Below are positions 1 through 12,059 of a stretch of DNA of 64,000 nt, in pieces. The stretch is from Tubiluchus corallicola. Its lineage: Eukaryota; Animalia; Priapulida. The DNA lies in contig JAQGDQ010000507.1 of the NCBI GenBank assembly GCA_030141605.1, positions 1 through 64,000 of the forward strand, written 5' to 3'. Position 1 is the stretch's first letter. Each line of letters starts with the position of its first letter. The position numbers and the translations under genes were made by a program. The notes under the pieces were generated by a model. The model saw only the letters and a program-made list of their open reading frames with translations, did not search any database and was not told the DNA's origin.

Positions 1-321
1 TTAGGATTTCCTATTTATAGCCATAAAATTGCAGATTTTACGCCCGTCATTTCTTGTTTGCGAAACTCTATAAAGGGCGTATTTAGGAGGGGGCGTTGAA
101 GTCCCTGTTCTAGAACCCATAGTTTTCGTTAAAGAAGGCCCTGGACTCTGCACATAGTTCAGAGGTTTGCTTAAAAACCTAGTTTTGCGCTTTCTCAGTC
201 CCAGATATCCAGAAGATTTTTGTCAAAGTCATCGTTAACTTATAGAAATGGAATAGAAGTTTAGCTGTTTTGTGAATTGACTACGCGTTGCTTTGCTGGT
301 GGAGATGCAGAGGTTTAGTCG

Positions 322-540
322 AACGCGCCATCTGGTGAACAAAAACGAATTTTCTGATACTGAGTGGTACTTTAATTTTGTCTAGCGAAAGCAGCAGTGG
401 TTTCTAAAAAAGCCAAATGTTTACTGATACGAGTAGGTGAACATGCACGCCATCTAGTGAACAAAAACGAAATTTCAGTTGCTGATTGTTACTTTAATTA
501 CGTCTAGCGAAAATTGTAATTGTTTCTGGAAACAATGGCC
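322..540 (+). repeat. Diverged ~120 bp tandem duplication, each unit with a CTCF-like motif
   Basis: cgccatctggtgaacaaaaacgaa...tactttaat..gtctagcgaaa recurs as cgccatctagtgaacaaaaacgaa...tactttaat..gtctagcgaaa. The minus strand reads CACCAGATGGCG and CACTAGATGGCG. Confidence 0.7.
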
Positions 541-600
541 AGTTTTTGTTGACATCAAAATGCAGTTTTATTTGTTCTTCTGTGACTATTATAAACATTG

Positions 601-643
<43 letters not shown>

Positions 644-681
644 ACTCTCTTTCTCTCTCTCTCTCTCTCACTCTCTCTCTC

Positions 682-719
<38 letters not shown>

Positions 720-743
720 GCTCTCTCTCTCACTCTCTCACTC

Positions 744-822
<79 letters not shown>

Positions 823-869
823 CTCTCTTTCTCTCTCTCTCTCCCTCTCCCTCTCTTTCTCTCTCTGTG

Positions 870-919
<50 letters not shown>

Positions 920-972
920 CGTCTCTCTCTCTCTCCCTAACTCCCTCCCTCCCTCCTCCTCCCTTTCTCTCT
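601..972. repeat. (CT)n microsatellite
   Basis: Direct observation. Confidence 0.98.
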
Positions 973-1115
973 CACGGTTATTATTGCCACTGCCCTCTGA
1001 ATGTGACAGTAGCTTTCATTTGCATACTTTGCACACGGGAAATGGTAAAATTCACTTGCATAAATTTTCATAAATTCACGAGAACGTTTGTGTGCAAAGA
1101 AAAAATTTGCACGTT

Positions 1116-1592
1116 CAAAGCACAAGAAAACCCCTCATTTATACATAAAACTTAAAAATTCGTCTTGAAATTGGTGCTGTCTTATTGCACGCAGAGCTTG
1201 TAACGATGTAAAAAAGTTGAAAGTAGAAAACTCCCGCGATGACCGTTAGACACAGCCAACTTGACGATAAATTGAAATAAATTTAAATAAGCTTAAACTA
1301 TAGTGTGAAAAAATAATCAGAGCATTCGTTGCGCACACGTCACTAACTAATCAAAATTGTAAATTTCTGTACCTTGTCAATAAGTTTAAAAATTGTTTTT
1401 TGTGGTGAGTCAGTGGTGCACACTGGGAAGGTGAGTCAGCGACATTTAGCAATTGGCGCGAACGTTTTAAACTATTAAAAGTTTTCATCTCTAGTTATGT
1501 AAGTCTTTCAAAGAGGTAAAAGCGTAATGCTAAGTAATATAACTTTGTATGGAAATTTTTTGAGATAAACTTTAACATTTCCTTTTCTTCCC
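1116..1592 (+). mobile_element. Kolobok-like non-autonomous element, family C, truncated
   Basis: Colinear with 13962-14445 from aaagcacaagaaaacc to ttaacatttcc.tttcttccc; homology stops at about 1592. Confidence 0.7.
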
Positions 1593-1873
1593 TTTTAAAT
1601 TTTTGCCTTTCGAAATTGTTCTTGATAGAGTTTCGCGAATAGCATTTATCCAAAGTTGCTGTTGCGTTCATCGCGGGGATTTTTTCTAATTTCTACTTTT
1701 TGCTAGTTAAAGCTATGCTTGCTATTTGACGCATAATTTCAGGTTTTTAGTTTTAATGTTTATAAAATTTTGGGGTTTTCGGCACACGAACGGTGTGGGG
1801 TTTTTTTGGGGGGGGGGGGGGGGTTGGTTTTGTTTTGGTTTTTTTTTGTTTTGTTGGTGTTGGTGGGTGTTTT

Positions 1874-2206
1874 AGGAGAAAGGGGAGGAGGAGGGAGGAG
1901 GGTTAGGAGAGAGAGAGAGAGTGAGAGAGAGAGAGAGGAAGGAGGAGGAGAGAGAAGGAAAGGAGAAAGAGAGAGGAAGGAGAGAAGGAGACGGGCAGAG
2001 AGGAGGAGAGAGGAGAGGAGGAGGAGAGAGAGAGAGAGAGAAGGAGAGAGAGAGAGAGAGAGAGAGGGAGAAAAAGAGAATACAGACGGGAGAGAGAAAG
2101 AGGAGAGGAGAGACAGAGAGAGAAAGAAGAGAGGAGAGAAGAGGAGAGGGACAGAGAGAGAAAGAGAGAGAAGAGAAGAGAGAGAAAGAGAGAGAGAGAG
2201 AGAGAG
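1874..2206. repeat. Degenerate (GA)n tract
   Basis: Purine-rich tract; reverse partner of 601-972. Confidence 0.95.
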
Positions 2207-3179
2207 CGTGTTTATAATAGTCACGGAAACAAATAAAACGCATTTTGTGTCAACAAAAACTGGCCATTTCCAGAATTATTGCAATTTTCGCTAGACGTAA
2301 TTAAAAAATAACGATAATAAAGGGGGACAAGTTTTATTCGCATATTTTTGCTACTATGTAGAACCATTAAAGAAGTACCACTCAGTATCAGAAAATTCGT
2401 TTTTGTTCACCAGATGGCGCGTTCGACTAAACCTCTGCATCTCCACCAGCAAAGCAACGCGTAGTCAATTCACAAAACAGCTAAACTTCTATTCCATTTC
2501 TATAAGTTAACGATGACTTTGACAAAAAAGCTTCTGGAATATCTGGGACTGAGAAAGCGCAAAACTAGGTTTTTAAGCAAACCTCTGAACTATGTGCAGA
2601 GTCCAGGGCCTTCTTTAACGAAAACTATGGGTTCTAGAACAGGGACTTCAACGCCCCCTCCTAAATACGCCCTTTATAGAGTTTCGCAAACAAGAAATGA
2701 CGGGCGTAAAATCTGCAATTTTATGGCTATAAATAGGAAATCCTATTGGAAGTGGACGCTGCTAATGGTTATGTGCTAGCTGATGAAGTTATACACCTAT
2801 TCTTCAACCTCTGATTAGAAAAAGATGCACGACTGATCGATGACGTAATAGCTACAGTAAACGTGAAGCCAGCTGTGCACGTGGAAAATGACAAACGAAA
2901 CGACCTATTGAATCTATTCTCCGTCGCCATAAAAGACGTCTGGTGATGTTCAAAGGACGGCAACGTTTTGCTTTTTTGCTTTACCTTGCCGAACTTTACA
3001 GAACTTGCAGAACTAAGTCCTTGCTGTAATTATTTGCGCACTGAACAGAACACACGTGATTGTTAAGCAATACGTACTACGGCTTATTGGATAACAAGAC
3101 TTTTGCAGTGATAAGTATTTTTATAGGTGAGTGTATATTAGAGATTAACAAATATGATGAGCAAGTAGAATGGTGTTAC

Positions 3180-3182
<3 letters not shown>

Positions 3183-3213
<31 letters not shown>

Positions 3214-3321
3214 CGAGAGAGAGAAAGAGAGACAGAGAGAGAAAAAGAGAGGGGGAGGGAGGGAGAGAGAGAGGACGAGAGGAGAGAGACGGGAGAGAGT
3301 GAGAGAAAAAGAGAGAGACAG

Positions 3322-3374
<53 letters not shown>

Positions 3375-3416
3375 GGGAGGGGAGGGAGGGAGGGAGAGGG
3401 AGAGATAGAGAGACAG
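3183..3416. repeat. (GA)n microsatellite
   Basis: Direct observation. Confidence 0.97.
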
Positions 3417-4038
3417 GTGAGATGGTCAGTGGACGTCCAACACCAACGCATCACAAAGAAAGTTAATTCTAAGCTACAGACAGGATTTTTTTACCACATT
3501 TTGCTTCAAAATGAAGTAAAAATTCTGTATTTCATTTTTATTGTTTGTAAATAATAATAATTTTGTTTTTCATTTGTATATTTTATATGGCAACAAATTT
3601 ATAAAATTATAAACTTCCAAAATAATGAAACGAAAGCTGCACGTATGGATACATAGAAGAAACACCACAAGCAACTACAAAGTTATAATCAAAACTCTCT
3701 GAATTTCAGATACACAGCATACACATTAAAGCATATTAATTCATCCATCACACCTGTCAGAAGACTCCATAGTTTCATCATCATTACCCATTTAACTGAA
3801 ATATTTATTAATCTTACAGGGCGATCTAATTAGTTATGGCATAAAATATAGGTCAACAATTAAAAACAGTATGGCAGATGAGGACAAACAGTCTGACCCT
3901 TGAGTGACCATCGCATCGATGACCAAGACGATACATGTGTAGATCCGTAAAGATTATTGACCGCGTTCATTTATTACATTAAAGAAGAAATAACCCAGAG
4001 ATATTATACGTGCCAATAAAGTAATAAAAGACACTTAC

Positions 4039-4143
4039 TCAATGGACAAGGCACAGTTGGCTTAACCATTGGCGGCTCCAACTGGCTTCCTTCCGACTTA
4101 TTTCTCTCCCTCCAATTCCAGGCTTCCAATCTCGCAGCGACAT
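4039..4143 (-). other. Candidate internal exon (105 bp)
   Basis: Minus-strand acceptor ctgctttttcttctctaatggcctatAG with a ctaat branch-like motif; donor TGA|GTAAGTG. GC-richer than its flanks. The phase-1 frame is open: VAARLEAWNWRERNKSEGSQLEPPMVKPTVPCPL. Confidence 0.5.
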
Positions 4144-4378
4144 CTATAGGCCATTAGAGAAGAAAAAGCAGTAAAAACTACACCGGTGTTTTGAAATCGA
4201 TGATCAACGTTTGAAAATTAAAACATTTTGATTCTAGGCAATGAATTTTAAATTTATGCAAATTTTAATCACAGGCAGAATAGTTTAAATGTATTACGTA
4301 AACAAATATATGCAAAATTAAGTCAACTAGTTTAAAAATTGAAGAAAAAAATATTCAAAATGTTACAATAACACTTAC

Positions 4379-4533
4379 CGATTAAACAGTTCCAACTCCC
4401 AAAACAAAATTTGTTGTAAAAATACCACGCTGTGTCCACGGCTGTCATATTGGAAATGCATCTCTCACACAATATTATAAAACATCGTGACCAAACATAC
4501 CAGATAAACGGGTAATTTCTCAGTAGTTACAAA
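4379..4533 (-). other. Candidate exon (5' boundary uncertain)
   Basis: Donor TCG|GTAAGTG; possible acceptor tatgtgttgtgtgacAG. An ATG at 4448 gives MTAVDTAWYFYNKFCFGSWNCLI, in phase with the 4039-4143 exon. Confidence 0.35.
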
Positions 4534-5322
4534 CTGTCACACAACACATAAATAACATTGAATATATTCGCGTATCATAGACGACTTGTTTCTATACATC
4601 AGTCTATAACTAAACCAAGGCGACCAAATTACTCAAATCAAAGAGAAAAATATTATGTTTATATCAAACAGCAAATATTCTACTAAGCTTAAACTTAGTT
4701 TGTGTTATAAAAAATTAAATCTTAAATAATAAATTAAAAATTATTAAAACACTGCGTTGAATTATTCTGTTGCAGAATTATGCAAACGTGAAATTACTTT
4801 ACACACAAAAAAAATTATTTATTCTGAACTAAGAAACCTGAATTTAACTTACTTTGGCGCTCGAGAGGCGGCGCCACTGTGCAGCACTCAAAACACAAAG
4901 CTAAATAATTCACCAAACGCAAAATGAAGTATTAGGGGCTATCTAACCATGGGTAAAAAAATATTCATAACCCAGTGTAATTCTAGCTGAAATATTATCA
5001 TTTTAACACTGAAGCGGTTCACATTTAGCCATCTGCCTCTAAAATAAATTATTAACACAAACAGCTTTTCTAACTATCACACCTTTCTCATTATATAATC
5101 TAAATTTCTTCTTCACGACATACGACTGGAATTCATTCAGAAAATAATTTACCAGTGGAAAGTCTGCAACGAAATTCATTTCAAAAACAGGCACTGCTAA
5201 TAGAATGAAATTCTTCTTGTGAACCAGCAGGGTACCTAGGTAATTATAATAAATGGATACAACAAACATTTCCAAGAAGAGCAAGCTATATGAAGCAACA
5301 GTCTAGATAATTGAAATGCTGA

Positions 5323-6192
5323 CCGGAAATAAAGTCACAGGAAAAAGTCACAATTTCGGCTAAGAAAGAAAGTCGGGTAACCAAACGAAAATATTCAAGT
5401 CAGTCACAATTTATTTTTAAGTACCATAAACAATTACAGTAATAAATCAGTTATTAACTTGTAACACATGACATATATATTGACAACACTATTTATATAT
5501 GATGACATTACATGTATGTGAGAAAAAATCACGTTTTGTTCAATATCTTAGCGTTAGGGTTAGGGATTACTGATAGGGTTTGTCGTTATAGTTAGGGGTT
5601 AGGGTTATTCTATTTCTTTTTTCACGTGACTTTTCCCCCCGAGACTTTTACCATGTGACTTTTTTACGTGTGACTTTTTTACGTGACTTTTTTCCTGTGA
5701 CTTTTTTACATGTGACTTTTACCCCGTGACATTTTTACTTGTGATTTTTCCCTGTGACTTTTTTACCTGTGACTTTTACCCCGTGACTTTTTTCCTGTGA
5801 CTTTCTCGTGAGACTTTTTTACCTGCAACTTTTTGCTGTGACTTTTACTCCCTGACATTTTTACTTGTTTTTTCCTGTGACTTTTTTGCCTGTAACTTTT
5901 GCTGTGACTTTTACCCCGTGACATTTTTACTTGCGATTTTTTCCTGTGACTTTTTTCTGTGAGTTTTTACCTGTAACTTTTTACTGTGATTTTTAGCCCG
6001 TGACATTTTTACTTATGATTTTTTTCCTGTGACTTTTTTACCTGTGATTTTTACCCTGTGACTTTTTACCTGTGACTTTTTTCCTGTGACTTCTTACCTG
6101 AACCTTTTTTCTGTGACTTTTTCACCTGTAACTTTTTGCTGTGACTTTTACCCCGTGACATTTTTACTTGTGATTTTTTTTTACCCATGACT
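5323..6192. mobile_element. Foldback-type non-autonomous element with asymmetric subterminal GTGACTTTT arrays and internal TTAGGG repeats
   Basis: A few AAAGTCACA(GG) motifs at the left (5330-5410), dozens of complementary (CC)TGTGACTTTT units at 5625-6185, and gttagggttaggg tracts at 5553-5606. Confidence 0.65.
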
Positions 6193-6989
6193 GTATTAGC
6201 CGTATTAACTGAAACGTGCAGTTTGTGTCAGTTACACACTCAAGCACATATCTTGAAAGCATGGTTATTAACTTGCCCAGCAATGGGACTAAGGTGTGAT
6301 GAAATACACCTAATAATGTCATTATCATTATCAGCAGTCGTTACCAGTCATCACGATCAATATAAACCTATCATACAGAAGAATACGATATTATAATGGG
6401 GTAATGTTGGTGGGTGTGAGAAGTTGCGCGTTTGATTTGAAGACCACAAAAAGAAAATGAGATTAAAAATCATACCTGCCGCAATAAAGCAGAGAAATAA
6501 CAATGTTTGTCGTACTAATTAAGTTGAGAGAAATGTGTTGGTCAGACAGCTAGAGGGCGTAATGTGGATTAATGCAAAGAGGTGAGTGCAATATTTAAAC
6601 GCATTCGAAATGAACAGTACACGTGACATCCGTTTACCAATAGCAACTGAGAACAGACGAAACTGGGGGTACATATCTATTCAATGAATTGTTTTCATAA
6701 TTCTAATTGCAGTATTTTTATTGTTTTTAATATTTGCAGTTCTAAAAGTTCCTTAAAATTACCACTGTAAATGTAATTGTAAACGTGTATGTATTTTATG
6801 TATTTTTGTGTATTTTATGTATGGATTTATGATCTAGCTGTCGAAATGAAGACTCTAGTCTAACCTAATAATCTTACATTATCTTTGACCTTTTGCAATT
6901 ATTATTCAAGAGATTTGTGTGCCAAAAATTATCCCATCTGGAGTTGCTTCCAAGTTGAGCTATGACATCGTCAAAACCTTTAGATCGGG

Positions 6990-7910
6990 TTGAACTGCTG
7001 ATAACGCATGCGCAATAGCAAATACAATTACAGGTTCCTGTGGCCTTGTGACTTTGACCTTTGACATTGTAAATCGAAAAGCAGTGTATTTTCCACGTCC
7101 TACCAAAGACTATAAAGCAGTGTACTTTTCCACGTCCTACCAAACACTATAAAGCAGTGTACTTTTCCACGTCCTACCAAAGACTATAAAGCAGTGTACT
7201 TTTCCACGTCCTACCAAAGACTATAAAGCAGTGTACTTTTCCACGTCCTACCAAAGACTATAAAGCAGTGTACTTTTCCACGTCCTACCAAAGACTATAA
7301 AGCAGTGTACTTTTCCACGTCCTGCCAAAGACTATAAAGCAGTGTACTTTTCCACGTCCTGCCAAAGACTATAAAGCAGTGTACTTTTCCACGTCCTGCC
7401 AAAGACTATAAAGCAGTGTACTTTTCCACGTCCTACCAAAGACTATAAAGCAGTGTACTTTTCCACGTCCTACCAAAGACTATAAAGCAGTGTACTTTTC
7501 CACGTCCTACCAAAGACTATAAAGCAGTGTACTTTTCCACGTCCTACCAAAGACTATAAAGCAGTGTACTTTTCCACGTCCTACCAAAGACTATAAAGCA
7601 GTGTACTTTTCCACGTCATACCAAAGACTATAAAGCAGTGTACTTTTCCACGTCATACCAAAGACTATAAAGCAGTGTACTTTTCCACGTCATACCAAAG
7701 ACTATAAAGCAGTGTACTTTTCCACGTCCTGCCAAAGACTATAAAGCAGTGTACTTTTCCACGTCCTGCCAAAGACTATAAAGCAGTGTACTTTTCCACG
7801 TCCTGTCAAAGACTGACAAGCTTAGTGATTATAGCTTCATCCGCATTGATTTTACTATGCTGACAGACAAACAGACAGACACGCACGTTAGACGCGACTA
7901 ACTAACTCTT
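6990..7910 (+). mobile_element. Helentron/HINE-like non-autonomous element carrying the 37 bp array
   Basis: gtgactttgacctttgac at ~7049 precedes the array; tatagcttcatccg and a (GACA)n tract at 7862-7882 follow it. Same motif order as 11750-11930 and 58080-58270. Confidence 0.65.
7078..7814. repeat. 37 bp minisatellite, ~20 copies
   Basis: Unit aaagcagtgtacttttccacgtcctaccaaagactat, very homogeneous. Confidence 0.98.
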
Positions 7911-8040
7911 ACATTCCATAAAGATACGTGTTAATTGGCACTAAAAAGCAAAATAGCACGTTTTTATTGTAACCTGACAAATGTGGCTAAACGGTACAGC
8001 AAACGACGTTGAATACACGTAACGTATTTCATATCTTCAG

Positions 8041-8243
8041 TAAAGAGGCGTTTACCTAGCATCCGTAATGCGTTTGGGGGTGCGGCGGAATAGATAAAAT
8101 CGGTTGATATTGTTTTCAACGCACCCGTTTAAGCAGCCTGCGTATGCGAAATTCTTTTTCTGCACTTATTCCTATTGATTTTTCGCAGCTATTCCGCAGG
8201 TGAAAACGCATACGCATCCGAATGTTACATAAACGTCACTTTA
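8041..8243. mobile_element. Small MITE, PIF/Harbinger-like
   Basis: Left end taaagaggcgtttacctagcatccg vs reverse complement of the right end taaagtgacgtttatgtaacattcg; TAA/TTA ends. Confidence 0.5.
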
Positions 8244-9354
8244 CGCAGATGATAACTATATTAACGTGCAAAAAAATCATTTTTGCGCCAGAAGCAATAT
8301 TTTCTTTAAGATAATCTAAATATTTCGGTATGGATGATATCCTTGAAATCTTATTATTTTCCCTTGTGTACAAATACGAGATTACCGGAACATTCCGGAA
8401 ATTACCAGAAATGCTGAAACTGCTAGAGTATAGATTAAAATAACATGTAAGAAAAAGGTGAGAATGTAATGAAATAACTCTGGTAGCACAGACTGGAACA
8501 AATTGTACCTTAAAAAACAGAAAAACAGGGGCATTGGTGATTCATTTACCAGAGCCGTTGCAACGTTAAACATGATTTTATAAACATAGAGGCAGATTTT
8601 AAATATAAATCGTTCAATTATTAACGCAAATTTAATTCATAATGACAATTTCATCGCTTCTTCAATCATTGCTAGATGAATTCGCATTTTCACAATGCTA
8701 ATTTTGAACGATTTTGTAGCAAAGCAAAAAAAACAATCTATGAATATAATATGTTACAATATAAAACCTCTACCTAAGATGCAACGCCTGTTTACATCAT
8801 CAAATATCGTAATGTATTGTAATATTGGACCAAAACACAATCGTTTCCATTGTTAACTCTTTCATTTGGGAAAAAACACTTGATTAATTATTTCATAAAA
8901 ATTCAACGATTCGATTTCGTTTTTAAATTCCGTCACACTGCAGTGTTTAAACTTGATTTATTGTGCCTCAGTAAGTATTAGCCAAGCACTTAATAATGAA
9001 TGATATTGCACGCGTGGGAGTCATAAATTAACAGCACTCGAGATTCTACTCCCTAAAGTATAACAAGCATAATGTAATGAGTATTTAAGCCAATTAGACA
9101 AGCATAATGTCATGAATTATAGTCCCTCTGTCTAGCTAAACAAGCTGCTTTAGATTAATTACCAATTTGACATAATTACCTAAAGTGTTGTAATTGAAAG
9201 AAATATGCTAATTAGATTTTAAAAGCTCACTAGTAATTTGTAAATGGCAAGTAACTAATTAACGGAAACAAATACTTCCCTAGTGATATATTGTAATTAC
9301 TATATTTCACGAAGTAAAGTAAAACGTTTATTCTCATATACAGTAAAAGAGATA

Positions 9355-9395
9355 TACAGGGTGTCTCAAAAGTCACTATACACGTTGAGTTTTAA
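9355..9395 (+). mobile_element. Solo Tc1/mariner-like terminus
   Basis: TA followed by CAGGGTGTCTCAAAA; no partner end found. Confidence 0.35.
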
Positions 9396-9839
9396 TTTTC
9401 TTAAATGCTGCAGCTCCATCAATGTGATTAATAACTGACTCTCTTGGCGCACACTCCATTGTCTTCCGAGACAGGATGCCAACAACAACAGTAAAATTGT
9501 TTGTGAATGAATAAAACCAGTTTGACAATGAGTTCTAAAGATATATCTAGAGTTCCAATCATTGGAAAATAGTCATTATGGCTGCTATAGATATTTGCAT
9601 TTTCCCCATCTGTGTGCATCTTAACTACGTTAGATTAAAACTATGTTAGAATAGTGTAAATGCCATGATTAAAATGATCAGTGATCACATTAACTGATGC
9701 GTGACGAATTAGTCAACTTATGTAACATTTTACTGCATTGTCATCATCATCATTATGTCGTTCTAGTGCAATAATTAAGATGTTTTTATTCTCTGTTCTT
9801 CGTTTTATTTCTACAGCAGAAAACGAGGTACAGTTCTCT

Positions 9840-9985
9840 CACAAACACACCGTCATACGTACGCGAGCGAGCTCACATGCACGCACGCACAGGCACACAC
9901 ACACGCACATGCAGCCACATGCACGTGCACACACACACAAACACGCGTGCACAACATACACACGCACGTACACACACACACAAAC
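9840..9985. repeat. Degenerate (CA)n
   Basis: Direct observation. Confidence 0.9.
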
Positions 9986-10444
9986 TGAAATTTATGGTTT
10001 TTCAGCTTGTTTTAAAACGTCGAAAACAACTTTTAGATAAAAAAAACAAAAATTTCATCACGTAAAAAAGAACCATCCAAGTTTTCAACAATAACAATAT
10101 AATCTTGCAGCATTTAAAAGAGGAGAAAACTAATTGCAATGAGACAATTATTCATCTTCTAATTCCCAACTATAACGCAAATTCTCTTTTAACTAAAAAG
10201 ATATAAAAATCACTAAATTAAAGCTGACTGTTACACCAGCATTTATTGCAGTTTAATTAAAGCAATTTCACGCAGACACAGAGGTTATAAAGAAACTAAT
10301 AATGCAGGGTAATTAATGTCAGGTATTGTTTATACTGGCAGCAAAGTTTATTTATGACTTAACGCTTAATGGCTTCAAATATCGTAACAAAAGATCTAAA
10401 AAGTGAAATTATAATAGACTGGAATCTGCTAGATAACCTGGAAA

Positions 10445-11935
10445 ACAACTAGAATGAAGGCACTCGATACAGGTGGCAGAGCCATGTGAAGGCACTCAAT
10501 AGAGGTGGCAGAACCGTGTGACGGCACTCGATAGAGGAGTCCACAGCCATGTGAAGGCACTCGATAGCGGTGGCAGAGCCAAGTGACGGCACTCAAAAGA
10601 GGAGTCCAGAGCCATGTGAAGGCACTCAATAGAGGTGGCAGAACCGTGTGACGGCACTCGATAGAGATGGCAGAGCCATGTGACGGCACTCGATAGAGTA
10701 GTCCACAGCCATGTGACGGCATTCGGTAGAGATGGCAGAGCCATGTGAAGGCACTCGATAGAGCTGGCAGAGCCATGGACGGCACTCGATAAGAGGTGGC
10801 AGAACCATGGACGGCACTCGATAAGAGGTGGCAGAACCATGGACGGCACTCGATAGAGATGGCAGAGCCATGTGAAGGCACTCGATAGAGGTGGCAGAGC
10901 CATGTGAAGGCACTCGATAGAGATGGCAGAACCATGGACGGCACTCGATAGAGATGGCAGAGCCATGTGAAGGCACTCGATAGAGGTGGCAGAGCCATGT
11001 GAAGGCACTCGATAGAGGTAGCAGAGCCATGTCACGGCACTCGATAGAGGTAGTAGAACCATGTGACGGTACTCGATAGAGTAGTCCACAGCCATGTGAC
11101 GGCATTCGGTAGAGATGGCAGAGCCATGTGATGGCACTCGATAGAGCTGGCAGAGCGATGTGACGGCACTCGATAGAGGCGGCAGAACCATGGACGGCAC
11201 TCGGTAAGAGGTGGCAGAACCATGGACGGCACTCGATAGAGATGGCAGAGCCATGTGAAGGCACTCGATAGAGGTGGGAGAGCCATGTGAAGGCACTCGA
11301 TAGAGGTAGCAGAGCCATGTGACGGCACTCGATAGAGGTAGTAGAACCATGTGACGGTACTCGATAGAGGTGGCAGAACCATGGACGGCACTCGATAAGA
11401 GGTGGCAGAACCATGGACGGCACTCGATACAGATGGCAGAGCCATGTGAAGGCACTCAATAGAGGTGGCACAGCCATGTGAAGGCACTCGATAAAGGTGG
11501 CAGAGCCATGTGACGGCACTCGATAGAGGTAGCAGAACCATGTGACGACACTCGATAGAGATGGCAGAGCCATGTGAAGGCGCTCAATAGAGATGGCAGA
11601 GCCATGTGAGGACACTCGATAGAGGTGGCAGAGCCATGTGAAGGCGCTCAATAGAGGAGTCCAGAACCATGTGAAGCACTCAGTAGAGTCCGTGGCCATG
11701 CTTTCAGTTCATTATGGGAAAATATTTACTTTGACATTTTTTGATGCTGTGACCTTGACCTTTAACCTTTGAAACCCAAAGCAATAAGTTTGCCAGTCTT
11801 ACCCATTACAATCCATGTGCCAAGTTTCACTTTGAGGATTACGTGATTGTAGTTCCATCCATTTTGAACAGACAGACGAATGGATGGACAGGCAGACAAA
11901 CAGACAGACCGAGTGACAGACAGATGGGTAATAAA
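10445..11935 (+). mobile_element. Helentron/HINE-like element with an amplified 5' segment
   Basis: Starts aactagaatgaaggcactc. After the array come tgtgaccttgacctttaacc, catgtgccaagtttc and a (GACA/GATG)n tract. Confidence 0.7.
10457..11690. repeat. 30-32 bp minisatellite, ~39 copies, several variant units
   Basis: Unit aggcactcgatagaggtggcagagccatgtga. Confidence 0.97.
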
Positions 11936-12059
11936 GCAAAATGCTAAAAATGTTAGAGAAGAAAAAATACAAAACTGGACGACCTTGTGCAAAACCATGT
12001 AAACTTTTAGTAACTAGAAATTAATTATAATATGAAAAAACGTAATAATACAACACATA

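Larger units (their letters stand above)
2..2745. repeat. Large inverted duplication (arm 1 ~2-1280, arm 2 ~1640-2745)
   Basis: 2-371 is a near-perfect reverse complement of 2373-2745. 500-600 matches 2207-2302 with many indels, (CT)n 601-972 pairs with (GA)n 1874-2206, and 1100-1280 pairs with a degraded 1640-1795. Confidence 0.92.

Noticed and set aside
5553-5606. Telomere or interstitial telomeric fusion site
   Set aside because: Only a few interrupted TTAGGG units, inside a repeat element.
7078-7814. CRISPR-like repeat length (also the 36 bp and 32 bp arrays)
   Set aside because: Units are head-to-tail with no unique spacers, there are no cas genes, and the context is eukaryotic.
10429-11699. 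Overlapping minus-strand ORFs
   Set aside because: Translations of the 30-32 bp array inside a HINE-like element.
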